From contig DFHF01000022.1 of the NCBI GenBank assembly GCA_002371825.1, forward strand, positions 5,101 to 69,100: a DNA stretch of 64,000 nt, read 5' to 3'. Positions within the stretch are counted from its first letter, which is position 1; each line of letters starts with the position of its first letter. Shown in pieces: positions 28,459 through 37,571 of the stretch. The notes below the pieces were generated by a model, which had not been told where the DNA came from, did not search any database, and saw nothing but the letters and a program-made list of their open reading frames with translations. Origin of the DNA: Ruminococcus flavefaciens. GTDB lineage: Bacteria > Bacillota > Clostridia > Oscillospirales > Ruminococcaceae. A program made the position numbers and the translations under genes.

Positions 28459-29469
28459 TCAGTCCCTTTCCGTCCTTACGGTGAGAGCTTTTCCGTCGGA
28501 CTCGAAAACTATGGTTCCGCACAGGTCGGTGCGGAATATCTTATCAGTGAAGGCTGAGAGCCTTTGTATGGTACTGTCATGCGGGTGACCGTAGGGATTC
28601 TCCGTTCCGCAGGAAATGACAGCATAGTCCGGAGTAACAGCGTCAAGCAAAGCCTGGGTCGAGGATGAACCGCTTCCGTGATGTCCGGCTTTGTAAACAT
28701 CTGCATGGCCCAGCCTTCCGCTTTCAGTCATTTCTGTTTCGGATAGAGCTTCGGCATCGCCTGTAAGCAGGAAGGTGTTTTCACCGTGAGTTATGTAAAG
28801 GCAGACAGAGTAGTCGTTCAGGTCTTCATAGCCTGTTCCGGCGGGAGCGACTATCTCAGCTTTTGCGTCGCCCAGAAAAATCGAGCGTCCTGCCTCTGAT
28901 TCGGTTATCGACAGCCCCTTGTCATCGCAGGAATCAAGGAAACGGTCAAAGAAACGGTATGTGGGTATAGCATCGTCAGGCAGCGGCGGTATTATCACCT
29001 CGCCTATACTGAACTCGTCTATTATTTTGTAAAGTCCGCCCATATGGTCGGAGTGGGGATGAGTCCCAATGACGTAATTGAGTTTTTTCACGCCCATTTC
29101 TTTAAGGTAGTGTATGACCTTATCTGTCTCTGACTCCTCACCGCTGTCGATAAGCATGGTCACGCCGTCGGCCTCGATGAAGGCTGAGTCGCCCTGTCCG
29201 ACGTCAATGAAGTGTACTGACAGCTTATCATCAGTGAGCAGCGGAGAAACCGTATTGAGACGGGGCTTTATCAAGAAATGCCATACCGAAAACAGTATTA
29301 TCGCAGCGGCAGCAGCGGCTTCGATAATATGCTTTATTTGCCGCCTTTTCTTCCTTTTTTTCCGCTGAAAGTAGTCTTCGAGCTTTTCGAGGAGCTCCTG
29401 CTGCTGAACTGTGAGCGGGGAGCCTTTTGGTGCTCTGTATGACGGGAAGCCTTCCCTGCGTGGTTCCAT
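28459..29469 (-). CDS. ComEC/Rec2-like metallo-beta-lactamase fold protein
   Basis: N-terminal TM, FIDVGQGDS, THPHSDHMGG, LTGDAE, GHHGS, ISCGTENPYGHPH. Confidence 0.88.
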   Translation of the reverse strand: MEPRREGFPSYRAPKGSPLTVQQQELLEKLEDYFQRKKRKKRRQIKHIIEAAAAAAIILFSVWHFLIKPRLNTVSPLLTDDKLSVHFIDVGQGDSAFIEADGVTMLIDSGEESETDKVIHYLKEMGVKKLNYVIGTHPHSDHMGGLYKIIDEFSIGEVIIPPLPDDAIPTYRFFDRFLDSCDDKGLSITESEAGRSIFLGDAKAEIVAPAGTGYEDLNDYSVCLYITHGENTFLLTGDAEALSETEMTESGRLGHADVYKAGHHGSGSSSTQALLDAVTPDYAVISCGTENPYGHPHDSTIQRLSAFTDKIFRTDLCGTIVFESDGKALTVRTERD

Positions 29470-31301
29470 GACTTTTCACCGCCTTTGCCGGAGCTGTTTT
29501 TTCTTGAAGGCATATCCTCTACCAGACATTTCGGTGATGAGCCGATAAGGTCACGTCTCCCGGCAGCCTTAAGAGCCTCCAGTACTATCTCCCTGTTCTG
29601 TGGGCGGAAATACTGAAGCAGGGCTCTCTGCATAGCTTTTTCCTTCGGAGTTTTGGGAACATAGACCTTCTCCATTGTATAGGGGTCAAGCTCGGTATAG
29701 AACATACAGGTGGATATAGTTCCCGGAGTGGGATAGAAGTCCTGGACCTGTTCCGGACGTATCTTGTTATCACGGAGGAATATTGCCAGGTCTATGGCCT
29801 CATTGAGTGTGCTTCCGGGATGTGAGGACATAAGGTAGGGGACAAGGTACTGCTCCTTGCCCATGCCCTTGGTTATCTCGTAGAATCGCTTCTGGAAGGC
29901 CTTATATGCCTCGATATGAGGCTTCCCCATCTTATCCAGGACTACTGCCGAGCAGTGCTCCGGAGCGACTTTGAGCTGTCCGCTGACATGATGCATTATA
30001 AGCTCACGGATGAACTCATCGTTTTTGTCCTCCATGAGGTAGTCATAGCGTATGCCGGAGCGGATGAACACTCTTTTTATGCCTTTTATTTTTCTTATCT
30101 TTCTCAGCAGGGCCAGATACTCAGTGTGGTCGGCCTTGAGTGCGGGACATGGTGTCGGGGCGAGACATTTCTTGCCCATGCAAAGTCCCTTGCTGAGCTG
30201 TTTTTCGCAGGAGGTGTGTCTGAAGTTTGCGGTCGGACCTCCCACATCATGTATGTAACCCTTGAAATCGGGCATTTTTGTTATGCGCTCTGCCTCGGCA
30301 AGCACTGATTCCTCGCTCCTGACTGTGACACGTCTGCCCTGATGCAGGGCAATGGAGCAGAAATTGCAGTATCCGAAGCAGCCTCTGTTATGGGTTATGG
30401 AGAATCTTACCTCCTCGATTCCGGGGACTCCGCCCTGTGCTTCGTAGGAGGGGTGTACCATTCTGGTGTAGGGCAGGCTGTAGATATGGTCCAGCTCTTC
30501 GGTAGTGAGGCTGTATGCCGGCGGATTCTGTACCAGCATGAGCTTTCCGTGGCGCTGAATGATTATTTTTCCGTAGACCTCGTCCTGCCAGTCGTACTGT
30601 ATTTTTGTGGCCTTTGCGTATTCGGTCTTATTGCTGCTTACCTGTTCAAGTGAGGGACATTGTGCGGCGCCTATCGGAGTATTCACCGGCTCTGTCATAT
30701 AGCAGGTGCCCCGGACGTCATGTATCTCACGGATATCCTCGCCATTGGCAAGGCGGGTGCATATTTCTTCTATCTGATGCTCGCCCATGCCGTATATGAG
30801 CAGGTCAGCACCGCTGTCAGGAAGCACGGAAGGTCTTACAGCGTCATCCCAGTAGTCATAGTGTGCAAATCTTCTGAGAGATGCTTCAAGTCCGCCGATT
30901 ATCAGCGGTATATCGCCGAAGTACTCTCTTATCTTCTGACAGTATACGATAACAGCTCTGTCAGGACGTTTTCCGGCCATACCGCCGGGGGAGTATGCAT
31001 CGTCTGAGCGCTTTCTCTTGGCAGCTGTGTAGTGAGCCACCATTGAGTCTATATTTCCGGAGGTAACAAGAAAAGCGTACTTAGGTGCGCCGAAACGGCG
31101 GAAGTCTTTGTCCGAGTGCCAGTCAGGCTGAGCGATGACTGCCACGGTAAAGCCCAGTGATTCAACAAGGCGGGTGATTATGGCGGCACCGAAGCTTGGA
31201 TGGTCAACATAGGCGTCGCCTGTGATATAGATGAAGTCGAACTGTTTGATGCCCAGCTCGTCCATTTCTTTTTTCGTGGTCGGGAGGAATCCCTCATACA
31301 T
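29334..31301 (-). CDS. ygiQ: YgiQ family radical SAM protein
   Basis: GDAYVDHPSFG, HNRGCFGYCNFC, DVGGPTAN, SGIRYD, SGQLKVAPEH, QVQDFYPTP; start at 31301 behind gaggtga. Confidence 0.9.
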   Translation of the reverse strand: MYEGFLPTTKKEMDELGIKQFDFIYITGDAYVDHPSFGAAIITRLVESLGFTVAVIAQPDWHSDKDFRRFGAPKYAFLVTSGNIDSMVAHYTAAKRKRSDDAYSPGGMAGKRPDRAVIVYCQKIREYFGDIPLIIGGLEASLRRFAHYDYWDDAVRPSVLPDSGADLLIYGMGEHQIEEICTRLANGEDIREIHDVRGTCYMTEPVNTPIGAAQCPSLEQVSSNKTEYAKATKIQYDWQDEVYGKIIIQRHGKLMLVQNPPAYSLTTEELDHIYSLPYTRMVHPSYEAQGGVPGIEEVRFSITHNRGCFGYCNFCSIALHQGRRVTVRSEESVLAEAERITKMPDFKGYIHDVGGPTANFRHTSCEKQLSKGLCMGKKCLAPTPCPALKADHTEYLALLRKIRKIKGIKRVFIRSGIRYDYLMEDKNDEFIRELIMHHVSGQLKVAPEHCSAVVLDKMGKPHIEAYKAFQKRFYEITKGMGKEQYLVPYLMSSHPGSTLNEAIDLAIFLRDNKIRPEQVQDFYPTPGTISTCMFYTELDPYTMEKVYVPKTPKEKAMQRALLQYFRPQNREIVLEALKAAGRRDLIGSSPKCLVEDMPSRKNSSGKGGEKSWNHAGKASRHTEHQKAPRSQFSSRSSSKSSKTTFSGKKGRKGGK

Positions 31302-31314
31302 AAGTATCACCTCA

Positions 31315-33918
31315 TCAGTCGATATCCTGCATACGGCGGAGCTTCATCTCATCAAACTGCATACGGGACATATATACCTTTCTTGGCTTTGAGCCTTCGC
31401 TTGGGCCGATCACTCCACGCTCCTCCAGTTCGTCGATAAAGCGTGAAGCCTTGGCATAGCCCAGTTTCAGCTTCTTCTGAAGCATAGTAGTAGAGACCTG
31501 ACCGTTCATAACAGCTATTTCCATTGCACGGAAGAGTATCTCCTCGTCCTCGCCGGAGATATTGCTGTCGCCGCCGTCGGACTTATCTCCGCCCTTGGTC
31601 TGGGGAACATAGCTCTCAACGGCTTCGGTTACTGAGTGGTCGTACTCAGCCTCTCCCTGAGCCTTGATATATTCGATAGTTGCCTGTATCTCGCTGTTGG
31701 AAGCGAAGCAGCCCTGTACACGCATGGGGTCATTGACTCCGATGGGCTTGTAGAGCATATCTCCGTTTCCGAGGAGCTTGTCAGCACCGCCGTCGTCGAT
31801 GATAGTGCGGGAGTCAGTGCCTGACATTACTGAAAGTGCGATACGGCTCGGGATATTTGCCTTGATGGTACCTGTGATAACGTCTGTGGTAGGACGCTGT
31901 GTAGCAACAACAAGGTGCATACCTGCGGCACGTCCCATCTGAGCAAGACGCTGTATGGAATCTTCAACTTCATTTTTTGCCACCAGCATCATATCAGCCA
32001 GCTCGTCGATGAAAATTACTATCTGCGGAACATGGTCGAGGTCGTTGGCCTCGGCGTATTCATTATAGGACTTAAGGTCATTTGCGCCGCTCTCGGCGAA
32101 CATCTTATATCTTTTCAGCATCTCCTGTACTGCCCAGTTAAGAGCTCCGGGAGCCTTCTTTGCCTCAATGATGATAGGGGTCAGCAGGTGCGGTATACCG
32201 TCAAATACCTTGAATTCAACCATTTTCGGGTCAATAAGTATGAGCTTTACCTCTGATGGCTTTGCATTGAAGAGGATACTCATTATGATAGAACGGGTGC
32301 AGACTGACTTACCTGAACCGGTAGTACCGGCGATAATGACATGGGGCATTTTGGATATGTCTCCCAGCACACAGTTTCCAGCGATATCCTTTCCGACAGC
32401 GAATGTCAGCTTGCTGGAGGCATTCTGGAAGTCTGAGGAGGCAAGTATCTCACGGAGCGATACAGTATCTCGCTGACCGTTAGGCACCTCGATACCCACA
32501 ACCGGTTTTCCGGGAACAGGGGATATACGGACTCCTGATGCAGCAAGACTGAGAGCGATATCAGCATCGAGGCTCTTTATTTTAGCGATCTTTACTCCGG
32601 TTCCGGGCTGTACTTCGTATCTTGTGATAGAAGGACCACGGAAAATATCCCTGATACGGACCTCAACACCGAAGCTTCGGAGAGTATTCACGATAGTATC
32701 AGCCTTTTCACGCATCTCCCTTGCAGCATCTGCGCTGTTTGAGGAGTTCTTGGGCAGTGAGAGAAGGTCGATAGGGGGGAGGATATACAGGGGCTCAAGA
32801 GCGAATTCCTGCTGCTGTTCCTCTGTTTCTATATCAGAGGGCTCGATATCGATTATCTCACCGTCGTCGTAATTATTATTTGCAGCTTTTGAGATGAGCT
32901 TTTCAAGCTGTTCATCCGAGGATGTGAGGACTGTCTGGCCGGTATAGCTTCCGACAATACCTTCTCCGGCAGGGAGGTCGTTTACTTCTCCGCCGGCCGG
33001 GAGAGGGACATCCATGAGGAAACCGTCTATCATACCGTCATCAGTCGGAGCCTGAGAGTTGTGTATCTTTGGCTGAGGCTCCGGGAGTCTCTTGCTGTTG
33101 ACCATATTTATAGCTTCTATATCCTCGTATGACTGATAAATTGCCAGTTCATCCGGGATAGGTGAAGGCTCGGGAGGCTCTGGCTGGAATCTCTCAGCCG
33201 GCTCGTATTCTTCCTCATGTTCATCTTCTTCGTATTCATCCTCGAAGGCCTCGTCAAATTCCTTGCCCGTGAGGATGTTCACGAATCCTTCAAGGCATTC
33301 TGCAGCAAAAGTGAAGGGCCTTGTGAGGAGCTTGAGGAAGTCTATAAGTCCCAGGCCTGAGAGTAGCATACCAAAGACGAAGAAGAGTATCACAGCTATG
33401 ATACGGGCACCAAGTCCGCCGAAAGCAGCAAGCAGAGGGCCTGCTATGATTATGCTTGCGACACCGCCGCCGTGGAGTTCAACACCGTCCTCGTAAAGCG
33501 CACCGAAGTGCGCGAGAAAATTGTGGCCGGGAATCTTGCCGACTATGAATATCTGCAAGGCGGCAGAGGCGAGGAATGTCATCGCAACACCCCATACTGC
33601 ACGTCCTGCAACATTTCTCTGGCTTTTTTCCATGCCTATCTGGACCGATGTGTATATGAGTATCACCGGCACGAAGAATACTGCTGCGCCGAACATTCCC
33701 AGCAGAAAGTTATGTATCCCCAGCCAGCCGGCACTGCCCTTGACAAGAGTCATAAGGGCTATGAGTATGCCGAAGGCGAAGAGTATTATTGACCAGAACT
33801 GGTTCGAGTCATTTTTTGGAGCGCCGGATTTATCAGTCTTTACAGGCTTTTCCGTTTTTTCCGGAGCAGCGTTCTTAGGCGGCCGTCCGGCACGTTTTTT
33901 CTTTGCTTCTGATGCCAT
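31315..33918 (-). CDS. ftsK: FtsK/SpoIIIE DNA translocase
   Basis: N-terminal TM domain, HVIIAGTTGSGKS, IDPKMVE, IDELAD, ATQRP, gamma domain LQKKLKLGYAKASR. Confidence 0.95.
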   Translation of the reverse strand: MASEAKKKRAGRPPKNAAPEKTEKPVKTDKSGAPKNDSNQFWSIILFAFGILIALMTLVKGSAGWLGIHNFLLGMFGAAVFFVPVILIYTSVQIGMEKSQRNVAGRAVWGVAMTFLASAALQIFIVGKIPGHNFLAHFGALYEDGVELHGGGVASIIIAGPLLAAFGGLGARIIAVILFFVFGMLLSGLGLIDFLKLLTRPFTFAAECLEGFVNILTGKEFDEAFEDEYEEDEHEEEYEPAERFQPEPPEPSPIPDELAIYQSYEDIEAINMVNSKRLPEPQPKIHNSQAPTDDGMIDGFLMDVPLPAGGEVNDLPAGEGIVGSYTGQTVLTSSDEQLEKLISKAANNNYDDGEIIDIEPSDIETEEQQQEFALEPLYILPPIDLLSLPKNSSNSADAAREMREKADTIVNTLRSFGVEVRIRDIFRGPSITRYEVQPGTGVKIAKIKSLDADIALSLAASGVRISPVPGKPVVGIEVPNGQRDTVSLREILASSDFQNASSKLTFAVGKDIAGNCVLGDISKMPHVIIAGTTGSGKSVCTRSIIMSILFNAKPSEVKLILIDPKMVEFKVFDGIPHLLTPIIIEAKKAPGALNWAVQEMLKRYKMFAESGANDLKSYNEYAEANDLDHVPQIVIFIDELADMMLVAKNEVEDSIQRLAQMGRAAGMHLVVATQRPTTDVITGTIKANIPSRIALSVMSGTDSRTIIDDGGADKLLGNGDMLYKPIGVNDPMRVQGCFASNSEIQATIEYIKAQGEAEYDHSVTEAVESYVPQTKGGDKSDGGDSNISGEDEEILFRAMEIAVMNGQVSTTMLQKKLKLGYAKASRFIDELEERGVIGPSEGSKPRKVYMSRMQFDEMKLRRMQDID

Positions 33919-33936
33919 AGTTTCCCTCCGTAAGTT

Positions 33937-34644
33937 CTACTTATATCTTTTTTCTGTATTCTCTATCATATCGTAAAGACATTCCATGGCACTGCTCAGA
34001 CTTCCGAGGCTGTCGATGAGGCCTGTCTCAACGGCTTCTTCGCCCTCGATTATACTTCCCACATCCAGCACAAGCTCGTCGGTATTCATCATCAGGCTCC
34101 GGAGCTTTTCCGGAGATATCCTGCTGTTCCGGACGATAAAGCTGATTATCCTCTCCTGCATACGATTGAAGTAGTCCAGGGTCTGGGGGACTCCGAGGAC
34201 AGTGCCGTTCATTCTGACCGGGTGCACCGTCATTGAGGCAGTGGGGACGATAAATGAACGCTTTGCGCTTACTGCCAGCGGGACGCCGATAGAGTGTCCG
34301 CCGCCTACCACCAGGGATACCGTAGGAGTTTTCATGCCTGATATCAGCTCAGCGATAGCAAGACCGGCCTCCACATCGCCGCCGGCGGTATTGAGTATAA
34401 TGAGCAGTCCTTCCACACTTCTGTCCTGTTCTACAGCGATCAGTGCAGGGATGATATGCTCGTAGCTGGTGGTCTTGTTCTGTTCCGGAAGGACATAGTG
34501 TCCCTCTATCTGGCCAATGATATTCAGGCAGTGGATGATGTGCTTAGGGTCCTGAGAGAGTGTGAGGCCGATTTTTTCGGCGGTTTTCTCCTCCGGGACT
34601 GCCTCTTCAGCCGTTTTTGGAATGTCATTATTGTTCATTTTCAT
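33937..34644 (-). CDS. tepA: ClpP-like protease family protein (TepA-like)
   Basis: IIGQIEGH, LNTAGGDVEAGLAIAELI, GGGHSIGVPLAV, MTVHPVR; directly upstream of ftsK/spoIIIE as in Bacillus. Confidence 0.8.
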   Translation of the reverse strand: MKMNNNDIPKTAEEAVPEEKTAEKIGLTLSQDPKHIIHCLNIIGQIEGHYVLPEQNKTTSYEHIIPALIAVEQDRSVEGLLIILNTAGGDVEAGLAIAELISGMKTPTVSLVVGGGHSIGVPLAVSAKRSFIVPTASMTVHPVRMNGTVLGVPQTLDYFNRMQERIISFIVRNSRISPEKLRSLMMNTDELVLDVGSIIEGEEAVETGLIDSLGSLSSAMECLYDMIENTEKRYK

Positions 34645-34709
34645 AGTACACGCTCCGTTGATTTTCTATAGAGAAAGTATATGTAAACTGCGGGAGCATA
34701 TACATTATT

Positions 34710-34738
34710 ATTATAAACGATTATTCCTGCAAAGTCAA
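34710..34738 (-). promoter_or_regulatory. SigA promoter of the tepA-ftsK cluster
   Basis: TTGACT-17-TATAAT on the minus strand. Confidence 0.65.
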
Positions 34739-34746
34739 GTATCAGC

Positions 34747-35090
34747 CACGGCACATAAGGGAAGCAGCATTTACTTTCTATCTAAGATGAGCGAAAGCAG
34801 AGTAAGTGCCTCGAACAGAGCATCAGCGTGAAAAGGGATGCAAGGGATGTTATCCCTTGCCAGAGCCCAGAGGCAGCGCCTCTGGTCGCCGTTTTCAGCT
34901 TTAAAGACGGCGAAATAATACGAAGGCGCTTCGCAAAGGGTGAATCCCCAAACAGTCCGGTGGACTGTTTGGGGAGAGGGAATGCCTTGCAAGTGAAGGC
35001 ATTCCCTTGTTACAGCGCACAATTTATATGCCTGCGGAGTTACCTCCGCACATAAAAAGTAAATGCTGTTGCCGTGCCGGCTCATCCGGC
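34747..35090. repeat. Composite palindromic (REP-like) element
   Basis: At least seven hairpins (34840-34860, 34867-34885, 34886-34913, 34921-34933, 34945-34975, 34977-35007, 35033-35050) enclosed by agcagcatttactt (34763-34776) / aagtaaatgctgtt (35057-35070). Confidence 0.75.
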
Positions 35091-35239
35091 GATAACAGAT
35101 GATTTAAGATAAAAAAGACGGCAAATGATGATTTAACTTAAATTATGCAGAAATTGTAGACAATATACAAAACGGTATGGGATTAGTTCGTATAACCGGC
35201 CAAAATTTTACTGCCGGATAAAAATTAAGCTTAACTGGA

Positions 35240-35268
35240 TTGATTTGTTCATATTAAAAGTCTATAAT
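35240..35268 (+). promoter_or_regulatory. SigA promoter of the mannanase gene
   Basis: TTGATT-17-TATAAT. Confidence 0.7.
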
Positions 35269-35269
35269 A

Positions 35270-35359
35270 AATGTGTAATCAATAACCGCCCTACGGCGGT
35301 TATTGCCCTGAACTTTGTTCAGGGAGCGCAAATTCTTTATAAAATATGGAATTTGCGCA
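35270..35359 (+). repeat. Three-hairpin leader element, copy A
   Basis: 82/90 nt identical to 54461-54550. Confidence 0.9.
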
Positions 35360-35544
35360 TCGCATTTCTTTATGTCATGCTCATTTTGCCCTTTAGGGCA
35401 AAACAAAGTGCAGGAAAAATTATCGGATAATTTTTCCTTGCACTCTGACAACTGAAAATTGGCTTTTAAAAGCTGTATAAAGCCAATTTTAAGTTGTTGA
35501 GCAGACATTAATTAAAGCATATTTTAGATAGGAGGATATTAAAA

Positions 35545-37374
35545 ATGTATCTGAAGATGATCAAAAAAGCAGGAGCATCAGTTCTGGCAGCAGCTATCAC
35601 CCTCAATGGAGCAGTTGTGGGTGCAGCAGGGGTATCTGCGGCCGATCAGGAAGTGACCCGCTATGAGTGGGAAGACGCTGAATTCACTGGTACAGGCGGT
35701 GTTAAAGAGGATAAGGACGCTTCGGGCGGAAAGTATTTCTACCTTGAAAGCAATTCTGATACCGCAACACTGAAGGTGACTGTTCCTTCGACCGGAATGT
35801 ATAAGCTTACAATAGGCTATAATGCAGCTTTCGGTGAGAAGATACAGAACCTTTATGTCAATGGAGTGGATCAGGGACAGCTCTCCTTCACTTCAAAGAC
35901 ATGGACGGAGCTCAACTGCGGTGCAGTAAAGCTCAATGAGGGCGAAAATGAGGTAATGATAAAGAGCAGCTGGGGCTGGACAAACTTCGATTATCTCATA
36001 GTAGAACCGGCTCAGCTGGGAAAGATCGAGGCAAAGCAGACTACTCCGGTGGACAAGCTTGCTACCAAGGAGACCAAGAGCCTCATGTCATATCTTGCAG
36101 GTGTCTACGGAAAGAATATCATTTCCGGTCAGCAGGAGATATACAAGTATGGTCCCCACGATATGGAATATGAATTTGAGTACCTCAATGATACCACGGG
36201 CCACTATCCGGCTATAAGAGGCTTCGACTACGGCAACTTCACCTGTCCGGCATTCGGCAGTGACGACGGTTCAACAGAGCGTGTTATCAGCTGGGTAAAG
36301 GAAAAGAACGGTATCGCCACATCCTCATGGCACCTTAATGTCCCCAATAAGATGGAGGATTTCACAATAGGAAGCAAGATAGACTGGTCTGCTACCTCAT
36401 ACACTGCAAAGGATAACGACTTTATGCCTTCAAAGGTATATGTTGAAGGCACCAAGGAGAATCAGTACTATGAGCAGGCTCTTAAGACTCTTGCAGCTGA
36501 GTTCAAGAAGCTGGAAGAGGCCGGAGTTCCGCTTATCTGGAGACCTCTCCATGAGGCCGAAGGCGGCGGCGGAGAGAACGGTTCATGGTTCTGGTGGGGC
36601 AAGGAAGGCTCAGAGGTCTATAAGAAGCTCTGGCGCTATACCTACGATAAGCTGGTAAATGAGTACGGCTGCCACAATCTTATCTGGGAATGGAACAGCT
36701 ATAACTATGAGACATCAGCAAACTGGTACCCCGGTGATGAATATGTTGATATCATAGGCTACGATAAGTACAACTGTACAGACTGGTCATCAGGAAGTGC
36801 GGTGCTCAAGCATAACGACAGCGCTATAAGCTCAACATTCTACGGAATAATGGAGAAATATGACCATCAGAAGATGGTATCCATGGCTGAGAATGACTGC
36901 TTCTCCACTGTTGACAATCTGACAGCTGAAAAAGCAGGATGGCTCTATTTCTGTACATGGTATGATGGCGGAAGCGCAGATAACAACTTCCTTACAAATC
37001 CTGTTTTCAACACAAAGGAAGACACTATAGCTATGTATCAGAGCGATTACTGCATCACTCTGGATGAGCTCCCGAAAGACCTTTATTCAAAGGAAAGCGG
37101 AAACGACGAGGATGAGTATACTGTTACATTGTGGGGAGATGCAGACTGTGACGGCTTTGTCAAGATGAATGATGCAGTTCTCGTAATGCAGTCCATCTCA
37201 AACGGTGACAGATTTGGTCTTGAAGGAACAGATGAGCATCATCTTACTCCTCAGGGCGCAGCAAATGCTGACTGCTATGATCCGGGCAGCAAGATCACTC
37301 CTATGGACGCAAACTCCATACAGAAATTCCTTCTCAATCAGATCAGCGAATTTCCGGAAAAAGCTTCCGAGTGA
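35545..37374 (+). CDS. Cellulosomal beta-mannanase: CBM35-GH26-dockerin
   Basis: Signal peptide; CBM35-like module (RYEWEDA...KSSWGWTNFDY); GH26 motifs IISGQQ, PLIWRPLHEAEG, WFWWG, DIIGYDKY, SMAEN, WLYFCTW; Ruminococcus group-1-like dockerin WGDADCDG..MNDAVLVMQ...MDANSIQKFLL. Confidence 0.92.
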   Translation: MYLKMIKKAGASVLAAAITLNGAVVGAAGVSAADQEVTRYEWEDAEFTGTGGVKEDKDASGGKYFYLESNSDTATLKVTVPSTGMYKLTIGYNAAFGEKIQNLYVNGVDQGQLSFTSKTWTELNCGAVKLNEGENEVMIKSSWGWTNFDYLIVEPAQLGKIEAKQTTPVDKLATKETKSLMSYLAGVYGKNIISGQQEIYKYGPHDMEYEFEYLNDTTGHYPAIRGFDYGNFTCPAFGSDDGSTERVISWVKEKNGIATSSWHLNVPNKMEDFTIGSKIDWSATSYTAKDNDFMPSKVYVEGTKENQYYEQALKTLAAEFKKLEEAGVPLIWRPLHEAEGGGGENGSWFWWGKEGSEVYKKLWRYTYDKLVNEYGCHNLIWEWNSYNYETSANWYPGDEYVDIIGYDKYNCTDWSSGSAVLKHNDSAISSTFYGIMEKYDHQKMVSMAENDCFSTVDNLTAEKAGWLYFCTWYDGGSADNNFLTNPVFNTKEDTIAMYQSDYCITLDELPKDLYSKESGNDEDEYTVTLWGDADCDGFVKMNDAVLVMQSISNGDRFGLEGTDEHHLTPQGAANADCYDPGSKITPMDANSIQKFLLNQISEFPEKASE

Positions 37375-37385
37375 TATCGATAACT

Positions 37386-37428
37386 AAAAAAACAGCCATA
37401 GAGGAAAGCTCTCTATGGCTGTTCTTTA
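37386..37428 (+). terminator. Intrinsic terminator after the mannanase gene
   Basis: aaaaaacagccatagag-gaaag-ctctctatggctgttcttt. Confidence 0.85.
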
Positions 37429-37442
37429 TTTATGAGAAAAAC

Positions 37443-37464
37443 AAAAAAGCTCCGGATAGGAGCT
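37443..37464 (-). terminator. Intrinsic terminator of the hup operon
   Basis: Minus strand agctcc-tatcc-ggagct-tttttt. Confidence 0.65.
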
Positions 37465-37571
37465 CCTCTGACGGAACGCAGGTCACATTTGCGGGACTGT
37501 GATTTCAGACCCGGCAACCATATTTCCGTTAAAGCGAGCAGCCTGTCACTGGAGCTTTAAATAATATACGA

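Noticed and set aside
34747-35137. RNase P RNA, tmRNA, 6S, group II intron or IscB omega-RNA identity for the palindrome cluster
   Set aside because: None of the diagnostic motifs (GAGGAAAGUCC, tmRNA acceptor ends, intron domain V) is present, and no associated nuclease/RT ORF is nearby.
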